Part shown: one piece after another, positions 36,436 to 44,838 of the stretch
How the letters are laid out: every line of letters starts with the position of its first letter
How positions within the stretch are numbered: the stretch's first letter is position 1
IMG/VR virus record: IMGVR_UViG_3300017911_001490
Location: 1 to 64,000 of that record
DNA: 64,000 nucleotides
From: a virus
Taxonomy: Duplodnaviria; Caudoviricetes
Strand: one strand, 5' to 3'
Position numbers and translations under genes: made by a program
The notes under the pieces: model-generated
The model's input: the letters and a program-made list of their open reading frames with translations, nothing else
The model's database searches: none
Told to the model about the DNA's origin: nothing

Positions 36436-36780
36436 TTAAATGTCCAATCCCTCATTGCCTGAGTTCCGGTTGTCGAGAAGATCGAAATCCTCAAGTCTGT
36501 AACGGTAGGTCTTAACCTTATTGCCGTTTTTATCGTCGTAGGTATCTTCTGAAATACTTCCACGAACTGACACATTTTTACCCTTCTTGAAGAATTGCAT
36601 GATGTGCTTGTTCTTGTACTCCGACCAGGACTCGAAGTTTGCGAAGGAAGCAATGCTTTCTCCTTTGCGTTTCTCATTCCATGCTCCGCGGAACTTTACC
36701 AAAGTCCCATCTCCAACTTTTACCTCTTCAGCGTCCGCCACGAGCGTTATATTTCCGTAGAATAACATTTTACCGTTCAT
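36436..36780 (-). CDS. ssb: Single-stranded DNA-binding protein
   Basis: OB-fold pattern GNIT...FKKGKNVSVRGSI...Y.DKNG; acidic/hydrophobic tail. Confidence 0.85.
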   Translation of the reverse strand: MNGKMLFYGNITLVADAEEVKVGDGTLVKFRGAWNEKRKGESIASFANFESWSEYKNKHIMQFFKKGKNVSVRGSISEDTYDDKNGNKVKTYRYRLEDFDLLDNRNSGNEGLDI

Positions 36781-36907
36781 ATTTATGATTCCTTTTGTTG
36801 TTTGTTAGACGAGGCGTTTTGCCTCGTTGCTAAATATCTGATTTGTGCCCTTCTGCGTTTCCCTTTCAGTCCGCCGAACGCACCCTTTTGTCCTTTGCTT
36901 TTACTGC

Positions 36908-38290
36908 TCATATTCTCGTAATGTCATCGAAGTCTAAAGTTTCACGGAATGATACCTCTCGTCTTCCGTCGTTGAGTGCATTATTTTCCTCTTGGATAAA
37001 TCTTTGGCACATTGGTTTGAATTTGATCTTATCTCCCGAATGACCACATCCACCGAACCTTTGCTTTGCCACAATTACTTTCACATCCTCTTTGTCATCC
37101 CCAAGTAGATCTCGGTGAAGAAGGATTACCACATCTGCGTCCTGTTCGATCTGTCCGCTTTCTCTGAGGTCATGAAGTTGTGGTTCTGATCCACGCTTGA
37201 CTGAATCTCTGTTTAGCTGAGCGATTAAGAATACTGGAAGATTTAATTCCTTTGCCAATGCCTTGGATAATCTACTGATCTCAGCGACCTGTTGCTCTCT
37301 TGGCATTTTTGAATCCTCAGGTTTTACGAGTCCTAGATAATCAATGACTATGCAATCAAGTCCATGCTTCCTATCCATGATCCTAGAGGTCGCACGAATA
37401 TTTCCCATGTTTGATCCTGCAAAATCATCAATGTAGATCGGTAGGTCTTTGCACTCCTCGATATTGCGAATCAAGGTTTCTGCATTCCTCTTATTGGTTT
37501 CTGCGTTGGTGGTTTTGTATGGCAATCCATTCTCTGCACCTGATCGGATGAGTCCTAGCTTTTCCCAAAGCGATTCGGATTTCATTTCGAGTGAGAAGAA
37601 TAAAGTTTTCTTCCCTTGGAGGGCGGCATGATAAATGAAATTGAGAACGATGGTTGTCTTCCCAACGGATGGACGAGCCGCAACAATGTTTAGGTGACTA
37701 TCCTTAAACCCACCATTCAATCCGTACCTCAACCAAGGCAGATGGGGTTCTATTCTAGCGGGACCCTGCTCCAAGCTCTTTCTAATTTCGCTAATGGTTG
37801 ACTTGGTCAACTCCTTGGAATCCATGAGCGTACTGCTCTTTGGTTTAATCAGATTCTGAAGTTCTCTTTCGGATGCCAATGCGTAATCCATTGGATCATC
37901 CATTTTGTTTCTATCCTTCACCCTAAGGTGTAAGTCCGACCCAATGCTTTCGAGTTTACGGAAGTTTGCTTCCTTGACCATCTGATCAACGGCATACTTT
38001 CCTTTAGCAAAAGTTACCATCTCGTGGGCTGGGAGAACTTCTTCACTGAAGTGTGGATATTCGCTGTAGAACTCCTTGGATAATCTTTGGTGCGTGCCGA
38101 TCATTCCGAAGTCTCCTTCTTTCTCAGCTAGTACCGTTGCCATCCAATATTCCCTACAAGCGGGTTCTTGGAAGTGTTCTGCGGTTATGCCTTGCTCGAT
38201 TGCGTAGGCGAATACTTTGTACATCTCATCCTCTTCATCTCTGATGCAAGAAATGAGTCCTCGTTCTGAGTCGAATTGCTCAGAAGTCAT
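36908..38290 (-). CDS. dnaB: Replicative DNA helicase
   Basis: AARPSVGKT, FSLEM, IDYLGL, AQLNR, DLRESGQIEQDAD; probable start 38290. Confidence 0.95.
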   Translation of the reverse strand: MTSEQFDSERGLISCIRDEEDEMYKVFAYAIEQGITAEHFQEPACREYWMATVLAEKEGDFGMIGTHQRLSKEFYSEYPHFSEEVLPAHEMVTFAKGKYAVDQMVKEANFRKLESIGSDLHLRVKDRNKMDDPMDYALASERELQNLIKPKSSTLMDSKELTKSTISEIRKSLEQGPARIEPHLPWLRYGLNGGFKDSHLNIVAARPSVGKTTIVLNFIYHAALQGKKTLFFSLEMKSESLWEKLGLIRSGAENGLPYKTTNAETNKRNAETLIRNIEECKDLPIYIDDFAGSNMGNIRATSRIMDRKHGLDCIVIDYLGLVKPEDSKMPREQQVAEISRLSKALAKELNLPVFLIAQLNRDSVKRGSEPQLHDLRESGQIEQDADVVILLHRDLLGDDKEDVKVIVAKQRFGGCGHSGDKIKFKPMCQRFIQEENNALNDGRREVSFRETLDFDDITRI

Positions 38291-38837
38291 AATTACCTGT
38301 TGGTTCATTCGATTCCTTTGATTGAGTGTTTTTCCATCCATGTCCTGCGATCCATGAGTTTGGGTGACTGAACTTGTCCCCATCTCTTTTGGATTGCTTG
38401 ACATATTCGTTGTAGGCTTGCGCCATTTCTTTTCCGCTCATCTTCGAATCGAGGATTTCATTCCATTGGTCTTTGATTGCCTTGGAGATTCTTTCGGGGA
38501 ACTTTACAAAGTCCGAATGCCCGAGAAACGATTTGAAGAATTGCTCATGCTTGTCGACTTCGACAGAGTTAGATTTATCTAACGATAAATTCTTAGTATC
38601 CCCCGCACGCGTACGAGGCAGGTAGACCTGTGGTGATACTTGAGCATTTATTGGTTTATTTTCTAAGTAGACCTCTGGTGATACTACAGGGCTACCTATG
38701 TACTTTGATAATTTTTCGGCTACCAAAGATTTTATTACCGCAGAAGGAGCCATATCCACTTGATCGCAATACCATTCTAGCAACCCACGAAGATTGCCTT
38801 TGAAGCGTACAGCGACCTTTAAATCGTTATCGTTCAT
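38280..38837 (-). CDS. Replication initiator-like protein with N-terminal ribbon-helix-helix
   Basis: Upstream of dnaB; C-terminal HPNSWI..HGW motif; internal direct repeats. Confidence 0.6.
   Translation of the reverse strand: MNDNDLKVAVRFKGNLRGLLEWYCDQVDMAPSAVIKSLVAEKLSKYIGSPVVSPEVYLENKPINAQVSPQVYLPRTRAGDTKNLSLDKSNSVEVDKHEQFFKSFLGHSDFVKFPERISKAIKDQWNEILDSKMSGKEMAQAYNEYVKQSKRDGDKFSHPNSWIAGHGWKNTQSKESNEPTGNYDF
38622..38685. repeat. Iteron-like 19-bp direct repeats (candidate origin)
   Basis: GTAGACCT(G/C)TGGTGATACT at 38622-38640 and 38667-38685 with an AT-rich spacer. Confidence 0.55.
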
Positions 38838-39165
38838 CTTGAGACCTCCACCCACGTTTCTTCGTTTTTGTACGAGGAGACTTTTTCCTGACTGACTTCG
38901 AGGGTGATCGCTTTTGGATCGTCTTCTGGTATAATTCCCGCAATCCTGAGCGCATCGACGAGATGCTTGACTCCCCCAACCAAATTATCCGGGTCGCAAA
39001 GTCTGACGCGTTTGCTAACAATGCGGACTCGATGGCGAGGAGAGTCTCCATATTCATATCTCGTTTCTCCCTTAACCTCTCCCACTCGTTCATTCGAAGA
39101 AGAGTATTTAAGGAAGGGGTTCGCTTCGCTATCCTGAGGGTTATTATTTCTCCCGATTCCATCAC
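38827..39165 (-). CDS. Overlapping alternate-frame ORF with a RusA-like N-terminus
   Basis: ITLRI..RTPSLN..LR..W.R.R.K pattern. Confidence 0.4.
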   Translation of the reverse strand: MMESGEIITLRIAKRTPSLNTLLRMNEWERLREKRDMNMETLLAIESALLANASDFATRIIWLGESSISSMRSGLRELYQKTIQKRSPSKSVRKKSPRTKTKKRGWRSQDER

Positions 39166-39169
39166 CCAT
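38834..39169 (-). CDS. rusA: RusA-like Holliday junction resolvase (catalytic frame)
   Basis: RVRI...DPDNLVGGVKHLVDALRIAGIIPEDD. Confidence 0.75.
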   Translation of the reverse strand: MGDGIGRNNNPQDSEANPFLKYSSSNERVGEVKGETRYEYGDSPRHRVRIVSKRVRLCDPDNLVGGVKHLVDALRIAGIIPEDDPKAITLEVSQEKVSSYKNEETWVEVSR

Positions 39170-39557
39170 TGTCTTTAACGATTGAAGAGGCTTTAGGCTT
39201 AGTTTTAACAATGTCCTTTAGCCTATCCTTAAGATCCACTCTAGCTTTCGCTAAAGAGATACCACGCTTATCTGCCCATTGCTTTGCCATGGCTCCATCC
39301 ACATACTTGCATCCCTTTAGGAAATCATTCCATTGAAGTACATTCGTACTCATTAGAATCTCCGCTACTTCAAATGCCTCGTAGGTAGAAATGTTTCCAC
39401 CTTTGCGAAGTTTAAATCCTGGTATGCTACTTGGATCCTCTTCTAGTTTTTCTCTCACCAAGGCTTTTACTTGCTTCACGAATTGTTCCATAAGTGGAAC
39501 TTTTGTCATGCAGTCAGCAATGTCCTCAATGCTATCCATCCACCGTTTCTCTGTCAT
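39162..39557 (-). CDS. DUF2800-like C-terminal domain protein
   Basis: EDIA...MEQFVKQVK...IPGFKLRKG; GGAGG SD and ATGA coupling. Confidence 0.6.
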   Translation of the reverse strand: MTEKRWMDSIEDIADCMTKVPLMEQFVKQVKALVREKLEEDPSSIPGFKLRKGGNISTYEAFEVAEILMSTNVLQWNDFLKGCKYVDGAMAKQWADKRGISLAKARVDLKDRLKDIVKTKPKASSIVKDNG

Positions 39558-40258
39558 TTTTCCTCCTGTAGTTTTTGTAAACACGAAAATAAGTGTGACT
39601 TTGCTTCGGGACATGCCCACATCGCAGAACACCACTTACATTGTTTTGGTCCGAATATTCTCTCGGGATTCTCTGCGTAGCTTTTTGCTACAACTTCATT
39701 TAGCCACTCTAGCTTCTTTTTTAGGACATCTGCCGTGTAAAGCACGGTAGTGTAAGTCGGCTCATTAAAAGGCTCAATCAACGCACAATAGAAATTCTCC
39801 ACTTCTTGGTTATTATACCAATAGAGAACCGACTGAGCGATTAACTGAACATTTTCGGGGGCAGGGGAATGAGAGCCGTGGAGGGTCTTATAGTCTGCTA
39901 TAAGAACGTCTACCCCCAAACGCTCAACATAATCTAGTTGTCCACTCCACGACTCATCAACCCATAGCCGTAACTCACGCTCGACCAACCCTTCGCCGAG
40001 CTTGCTACCAAATACTTTTTCACGACACTCTGCCAATGCTTGTCGACATCTGTATGCACAAAGTCTTCTTTCATCATCCTCAATTTCCTCAAGGGGAACT
40101 TCATTCTCCTCGTTTTCATGTCGGACCGTTCCTTCATTGGCAGACTCGCGATCTGCTTTCCACATGAACTGGCGATTAGCTTGGAAGTAGGATGGGCAAA
40201 GACTTGCCGCCTCCATTTTAGAAGCAGATAGTTTTGCATCTATTTCCTCACTTCTCAT
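39554..40258 (-). CDS. PD-(D/E)XK Cas4-like/DUF2800 exonuclease
   Basis: LSAS...C, ERE, GQLD, ADYKT, QL..Y, CKWC...C. Confidence 0.8.
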   Translation of the reverse strand: MRSEEIDAKLSASKMEAASLCPSYFQANRQFMWKADRESANEGTVRHENEENEVPLEEIEDDERRLCAYRCRQALAECREKVFGSKLGEGLVERELRLWVDESWSGQLDYVERLGVDVLIADYKTLHGSHSPAPENVQLIAQSVLYWYNNQEVENFYCALIEPFNEPTYTTVLYTADVLKKKLEWLNEVVAKSYAENPERIFGPKQCKWCSAMWACPEAKSHLFSCLQKLQEEK

Positions 40259-40463
40259 TAGCTACCTCCGCTACATGTGAAAATTTACATTTAATAAGAT
40301 CGGCAAACTTAAGTGCCCGCTCTCTAGCCTCTTCTCGATCGTAGCATTCAAAAACCATTGCGTTTCTCATCTTACCGAAACCATCTTCGTAAAACGCATT
40401 GTATTTTCTAAGCTTTCGATAAGGTCTAGTTACCCTTTTGAAAATCCTGCTTCCCATTGTCAT
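40248..40463 (-). CDS. Hypothetical protein
   Basis: Co-directional ORF. Confidence 0.45.
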   Translation of the reverse strand: MTMGSRIFKRVTRPYRKLRKYNAFYEDGFGKMRNAMVFECYDREEARERALKFADLIKCKFSHVAEVANEK

Positions 40464-41172
40464 TCATTTTGGAAACCACCCATTCAACTGCTTTAAGCAA
40501 CTCAGGGTCGGATTCGGATAAAACTTCGTAAGCATTTTTAAGGATGCCTTTAAGGTAGTTCGGGTCTTCCTTGGCGATAACTTCAAGCATCTTTCCTGTA
40601 TGCTTTTTCTTTCCTGGCCAAATCACCTTCCCAAGTATCCAATCGCCTTCAACGGTAGTGTCATCCACTAAATCCTCAGCAGGAACTTCCTCTTGATCTT
40701 TAGGTAGCGGGTTATTGGTGGACTGACGAATTTTCCCCTCTTTAATAGGGTCGCCTTGTTCTTCCCGTTCCATGGGGTCGTCCTTACTCCACATCTGCCA
40801 AGCGTAACCGAACAATGCCGCCGCCGCTTTACATGCTCCACGAACAAAAGAATCTGCCACATCACGGGCTCCGATTTTGTCTCCCGGCAGTGGGTTCATC
40901 TTATGATCCATAATCGCATGAGGAATCCCTGCGGTCATAGTCCCATCAATGTGTGTGAATCTTACTACTAAATATCCTGAGCCATCGGGTGCTTTATGAA
41001 TCTCATTCCCGTCAATGTCTGTTTGCATCTCGGGCATCCATCCCTGTGCGTGTTGTCGGATATCCTGAAGAGTCCGAGCCCAGTTTATGTAGTCGGCAGT
41101 AAATCTGCCTGTTCCTTTTTGGCTGACATTTTGCGGATCAGCTATTCCGCTTAAGTTTGGTAGTATTTCCAT
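40426..41172 (-). CDS. Single-strand annealing protein (DUF1071/Sak3-like)
   Basis: YINWA...IMDHKM...RGACKAAA.LFG.AW pattern. Confidence 0.7.
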   Translation of the reverse strand: MEILPNLSGIADPQNVSQKGTGRFTADYINWARTLQDIRQHAQGWMPEMQTDIDGNEIHKAPDGSGYLVVRFTHIDGTMTAGIPHAIMDHKMNPLPGDKIGARDVADSFVRGACKAAAALFGYAWQMWSKDDPMEREEQGDPIKEGKIRQSTNNPLPKDQEEVPAEDLVDDTTVEGDWILGKVIWPGKKKHTGKMLEVIAKEDPNYLKGILKNAYEVLSESDPELLKAVEWVVSKMNDNGKQDFQKGN

Positions 41173-41414
41173 TATCTGTATGACTTGAATTGAGGTAACT
41201 GATCGGCTTCATCCTTAGCAGAATCAATAACTGCTTGAACTTCTTCCCTCCGATACCTCGGGGTTTTAAGTGCTGGCAAGAAGATCGGTTTTAACACACC
41301 CAATCGAGCAAGATGATCTAAGTATCTGTACCCTGCGGTTCCGCCAAAACCGAGCAACTTAGCCGTTTCTCCCTTCTTAAGTAGGGTAATTTCTTCTATG
41401 TCGCTTCGTAACAT
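41172..41414 (-). CDS. Excisionase-like winged-HTH protein
   Basis: LLKKGETAKLLG...RYRREEV; first gene of the block divergent from the int2 operon. Confidence 0.7.
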   Translation of the reverse strand: MLRSDIEEITLLKKGETAKLLGFGGTAGYRYLDHLARLGVLKPIFLPALKTPRYRREEVQAVIDSAKDEADQLPQFKSYR

Positions 41415-41558
41415 AGTTATGCGTTATGCAATAAAGTTGTGCATCGGAAAAGAAAAAAGTGCTTTTATTACTAACTAAATTTATTTTGTATATTTTTACT
41501 TGACGAAACGATAAGAAACGATAAAAAGAACTAAATCCCAAATTAAACAGGAGAAAAA

Positions 41559-41780
41559 ATGACAAAACCAGTAGCAATAAACTCACGCATTGATGCAGAC
41601 TCTTACGGTCTCATTACCGAGATTTGCGAACTCACTAACAAGTCGGTAGCGGCTTATGTGAAGGATGCCTGCCTCGCGTATTATTCTTTGGTCAAAAACC
41701 CTAAATCAGAACCCACGGACGCACTCAAAATTGACCAATTTGCGTGGTCCTTAAAAACGAAAGGAAGTAAAAATAAATGA
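41559..41780 (+). CDS. Ribbon-helix-helix repressor-like protein
   Basis: VAINSRID...ITEICELTNKSVAAYVKDAC; AGGAG SD. Confidence 0.6.
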   Translation: MTKPVAINSRIDADSYGLITEICELTNKSVAAYVKDACLAYYSLVKNPKSEPTDALKIDQFAWSLKTKGSKNK

Positions 41781-42163
41781 ACTCCCACCGCCAAGAAATT
41801 AAAATTAACTACGACTCGCAAGAGTGGATAACGGATTTCGATGGCGGAATTGCCTCGGTGGAGGTGGATGGAAAAAAACTCTACGGACATGAGTCGTGGA
41901 GGGATTGGATTAGAGATAGAGCATTACTTTTTAGTGCATGCATATTAACGATTGGTTTTTCAATCGGGTATATTAGCCCTAAAGGTAATGTTATATCTGA
42001 CGAGCAGTTCAATAATATGAAAAACCAAGCAGGAATCTCGCATGAAGGGGCAACGATGCTTCATCGAGCAGGTGTGCAATGGGATGCAGAACTGCGCGAT
42101 TGGGTATGGAGTGGCAATAGATTGGCAATATCTAGCCATGATAAGCATGAAATAAGCGAATAG
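41777..42163 (+). CDS. Single-TM hypothetical protein
   Basis: ALLFSACILTIGFSIGYI TM segment. Confidence 0.6.
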   Translation: MNSHRQEIKINYDSQEWITDFDGGIASVEVDGKKLYGHESWRDWIRDRALLFSACILTIGFSIGYISPKGNVISDEQFNNMKNQAGISHEGATMLHRAGVQWDAELRDWVWSGNRLAISSHDKHEISE

Positions 42164-42247
42164 CATCTCATTCGTAATGAGAAATTGCATAAAAATGATA
42201 CTACTCTAAACTATCCACTAAATACGCGGTATTCCCGCTTAAACAAA

Positions 42248-42276
42248 GGGCTTCACTTCGGTGAGGCTCTTTTTTT
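42248..42276 (+). terminator. Rho-independent terminator
   Basis: GGGCTTCAC-TTCG-GTGAGGCTC followed by a T run. Confidence 0.85.
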
Positions 42277-42330
42277 GTTGTAAGTAAATCCTATCGCTTT
42301 ATACCGAAATATACCCCTATTTCACACTTC

Positions 42331-42354
42331 AACTGGCAATAAAACTGGCAATAA
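42331..42354 (+). repeat. Tandem 12-bp repeat abutting the integrase 2 start
   Basis: AACTGGCAATAA x2 then ATG. Confidence 0.7.
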
Positions 42355-43371
42355 ATGAAAATAAATATCCGCAAAGGCAAAGCGAATGGTAAAGATACAT
42401 GGATACTAGACATTCACTCTAACGGAGTACGCACTCGTAAGTTTTTTAAGAAGTATACAGATGCCGTAAGATTCGATGTGGAAGCATGGATTAAGGAGAA
42501 ATCAAAAACAATTCCACAAGGTTATGAAACCACTACAGAGTTTGCGTTAAAAGAATATATAGCAGACTACCAAAGAAGGTATCCGCGATCTAATACGCAA
42601 ATGCTACAGCACAAACTAGAGATGCTACTCAAGTGGGAAAAGATAAGGGACATTAGCTTGAAATCTTTAAGTCAGACTTTAGAATTGCAGGTTGCTAGAT
42701 CGGGACCCAATAAAGGTAAGCTTTGGACGAAGTCTACAAGGAAGACCTATAAAGTTGTTTGGGAAGTTTTTCTTAGATGGTGTCATTATAAAGATTATAC
42801 TCCGCAGAAAGATTGGAATATCGAATTGCTCAATGTAAAAGAAACACCGAGTCCGATTGGGATATTAACACCACAACAAGCCTTACAGATCCTCCGAGGG
42901 ATAAAACCATCTCACCAACCTGCATTTGCACTTATGTGCTTCACAGGGATTAGACCAAATGGAGAAATGAGTAGGCTTGAATACAAGCATATTAAATGGG
43001 GAGAGTATATTGAGATACCAGGTGAAATTGCCAAATGGGGAGAACGCACCCTCTACGATCTGCCTGAGAACTTATGGTCATGGGTACCCAAGAAGAGAAG
43101 TGGTAAAGTTATGTCCTCTTGGTCAGGGATAAATCAATCGAGACGGCGGGCTTGCGTAAGGTTGGGATTTAAATATCCCGCGGATGGAGCAAGGCATAGC
43201 TTCGGAACATACGGATATTGGTACAAGGGAATGGAGTGGGCAATGCACACAATGGGTCATTCTAACTTCCAAACATTCCAAAGGTTTTATCGTAACAAGA
43301 AGGTATCTAAGGATGTAGCACTTGAATATTTCAAACTGGAGCCATCGACCGGAATCGAACCGGTGACCTAA
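42355..43371 (+). CDS. int: Tyrosine recombinase/integrase 2
   Basis: TGIRP..E, IAK, ARHSFGTY, MGHS...FY; N-terminal arm-binding-like domain. Confidence 0.92.
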   Translation: MKINIRKGKANGKDTWILDIHSNGVRTRKFFKKYTDAVRFDVEAWIKEKSKTIPQGYETTTEFALKEYIADYQRRYPRSNTQMLQHKLEMLLKWEKIRDISLKSLSQTLELQVARSGPNKGKLWTKSTRKTYKVVWEVFLRWCHYKDYTPQKDWNIELLNVKETPSPIGILTPQQALQILRGIKPSHQPAFALMCFTGIRPNGEMSRLEYKHIKWGEYIEIPGEIAKWGERTLYDLPENLWSWVPKKRSGKVMSSWSGINQSRRRACVRLGFKYPADGARHSFGTYGYWYKGMEWAMHTMGHSNFQTFQRFYRNKKVSKDVALEYFKLEPSTGIEPVT

Positions 43372-43412
43372 CGCTTACGAAGCGTTTGCTCTACCAACTG
43401 AGCTACGATGGC
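43337..43412 (-). tRNA. trnT: tRNA-Thr(CGT), complete with CCA; probable attP
   Basis: GCCATCG acceptor, GCTC/GAGC D arm, AACGC-TTCGTAA-GCGTT anticodon arm, ACCGG-TTCGATT-CCGGT T arm, TCCA end (76 nt). Confidence 0.97.
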
Positions 43413-43474
43413 AAATAAACTACGGTTTTATAAACCATAGTTTTTCGGGGAGGTAAAGAAATGTTTAGCCCCCC

Positions 43475-43573
43475 GATCGCTCCCAATCGCTCCCAATCGC
43501 TCCACGGATTATTCCACCTAACTCCACCTTATTCCACATAAACTCCACATAAACCTCACATATATTCCACATA
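43475..43573 (+). repeat. Helically phased short direct repeats (candidate arm-type or Xis sites)
   Basis: 3x ATCGCTCC at a 10-bp period, then TCCAC cores at 43501/13/23/33/44/66. Confidence 0.65.
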
Positions 43574-43592
43574 ACACGAAAATTCGTGTTGC
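43571..43592 (+). promoter_or_regulatory. 22-bp phage regulatory palindrome, copy 8
   Basis: ATAACAC-GAAAATTC-GTGTTGC upstream of the packaging operon. Confidence 0.65.
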
Positions 43593-43624
43593 ATTTTCAG
43601 CGTGTGTTTTGTTAATTCTAAAAC

Positions 43625-43843
43625 ATGGAGGATGACAAAAGGAACCAGGAAGCACTTTCATGCTTTCGGAGAATTAAACCAATCATGGAGGAGTATTTCG
43701 ATAACTGGATATTGACAGCTCACCGTGCTGGCTGCGGAACAAAAGTAATTATAGGCGACTACGATAGAAAGAAGCCTGACATGAACAAACTAATGTCCAA
43801 TGCCAAAAAATGGAAAAAGAACACCGTGGGAGATACTGACTAA
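43625..43843 (+). CDS. Hypothetical protein
   Basis: First ORF of the packaging operon. Confidence 0.6.
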   Translation: MEDDKRNQEALSCFRRIKPIMEEYFDNWILTAHRAGCGTKVIIGDYDRKKPDMNKLMSNAKKWKKNTVGDTD

Positions 43844-44183
43844 GTACCCTCCTGTATTTGTAAGACTCTACGCCAAAGAGCGTGAGGGTGCTAGGATGCA
43901 CTGTGCCCTTAGTGATCAAGAGGTTGCTATTCGTGGGAGCTTGTCGCTAGATCGGGTAAGGAAAATATCCAAGTTAACCTCATGGGATGATGTAACAGTC
44001 GGGGAGGCTAGGAATTTCTGCAAGGGCTGTAACTTTGACCCATTTAACTACTTAGATCGAAATCGCATATCTGCATACTCACGAAAAGGAACTTACGCAT
44101 TTCTTCGTAGATCAGACCATTGGAATACAACATTCCTTCCCCTTATAAAAATACTTCAAGATGCCCAGGTCGCACAAAATTAA
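43800..44183 (+). CDS. Hypothetical protein, possible HTH
   Basis: SDQEVAIRGSLSLDRVRKIS. Confidence 0.55.
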   Translation: MPKNGKRTPWEILTKYPPVFVRLYAKEREGARMHCALSDQEVAIRGSLSLDRVRKISKLTSWDDVTVGEARNFCKGCNFDPFNYLDRNRISAYSRKGTYAFLRRSDHWNTTFLPLIKILQDAQVAQN

Positions 44184-44838
44184 AACTGATGTTCTTGCCC
44201 AAGCCCTGAAGGAGTTTGACGGAGATTACGGAAAGGTGGCGGAACATTTCGGGACAAGTGCCAAGAAAATTAGGGAAAGAGTTTATCATGACCCACAGCT
44301 ATATGCTATTTGGGTAAAGAATGGGACTAAGGATGTTAAGCCTGACGGGATCGAGTTAATGGAACGCCAGGAGGAGCATGACGATGGCAAAGGCACTAGA
44401 TTGCTCGAGGCATTAGACAAGAATAGTAGGTTTGTATTCAATAATGAGCTAGAGAGCATCTTGACGAACCAAGACAATGTTAAAAAACTACAAATATTCT
44501 CAGATTTCGATGATTCGGTAGGATTGCTTATGGCAGAAGCACTTCGTGTGACCCAAAAAGTAAATATTAGGCAGAATATGAGTTTGTTTGAGGTTACGGA
44601 GGCATTAAAAGACCAGCTTGATGGGGATGAAATGGATCCCGAGGAAAGAATACTGCAAACTAGACTATTTCTACAGGCAACCGAACAGCAAGGTAAGTTC
44701 TATGACCGATTACTCAAAGGATTGGAGTTTCAACTGAAGCTAGCCAACGAGAAGGACAAGAGGGAGACTAAGAAAAAGCCAGGATTCCGACCATTAAAGG
44801 AGTTGCAGAAGGATGCCGAAGAAGAAGACGAAGGTTGA
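44161..44838 (+). CDS. Probable terminase small subunit
   Basis: N-terminal HTH-like segment, helical; directly upstream of terL. Confidence 0.55.
   Translation: MPRSHKIKTDVLAQALKEFDGDYGKVAEHFGTSAKKIRERVYHDPQLYAIWVKNGTKDVKPDGIELMERQEEHDDGKGTRLLEALDKNSRFVFNNELESILTNQDNVKKLQIFSDFDDSVGLLMAEALRVTQKVNIRQNMSLFEVTEALKDQLDGDEMDPEERILQTRLFLQATEQQGKFYDRLLKGLEFQLKLANEKDKRETKKKPGFRPLKELQKDAEEEDEG

Noticed and set aside
39162-40258. Frameshifted pseudogene of the nuclease
   Set aside because: A clean ATGA overlap with a GGAGG SD indicates two translated genes
41408-41427. Additional copy of the master palindrome at the xis start
   Set aside because: Only one half (GTAACAT) matches; the spacing and second arm do not fit
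43337-43412. tRNA as a prophage/host chromosome junction (attL/attR)
   Set aside because: Phage genes (terminase, portal, capsid) continue on the far side, the same regulatory palindrome occurs on both sides, and no second copy of the tRNA 3' end was seen
43475-43573. CRISPR mini-array
   Set aside because: Units are only about 10 bp with no unique spacers, and there are no cas genes; the Cas4-like nuclease sits in a phage recombination context
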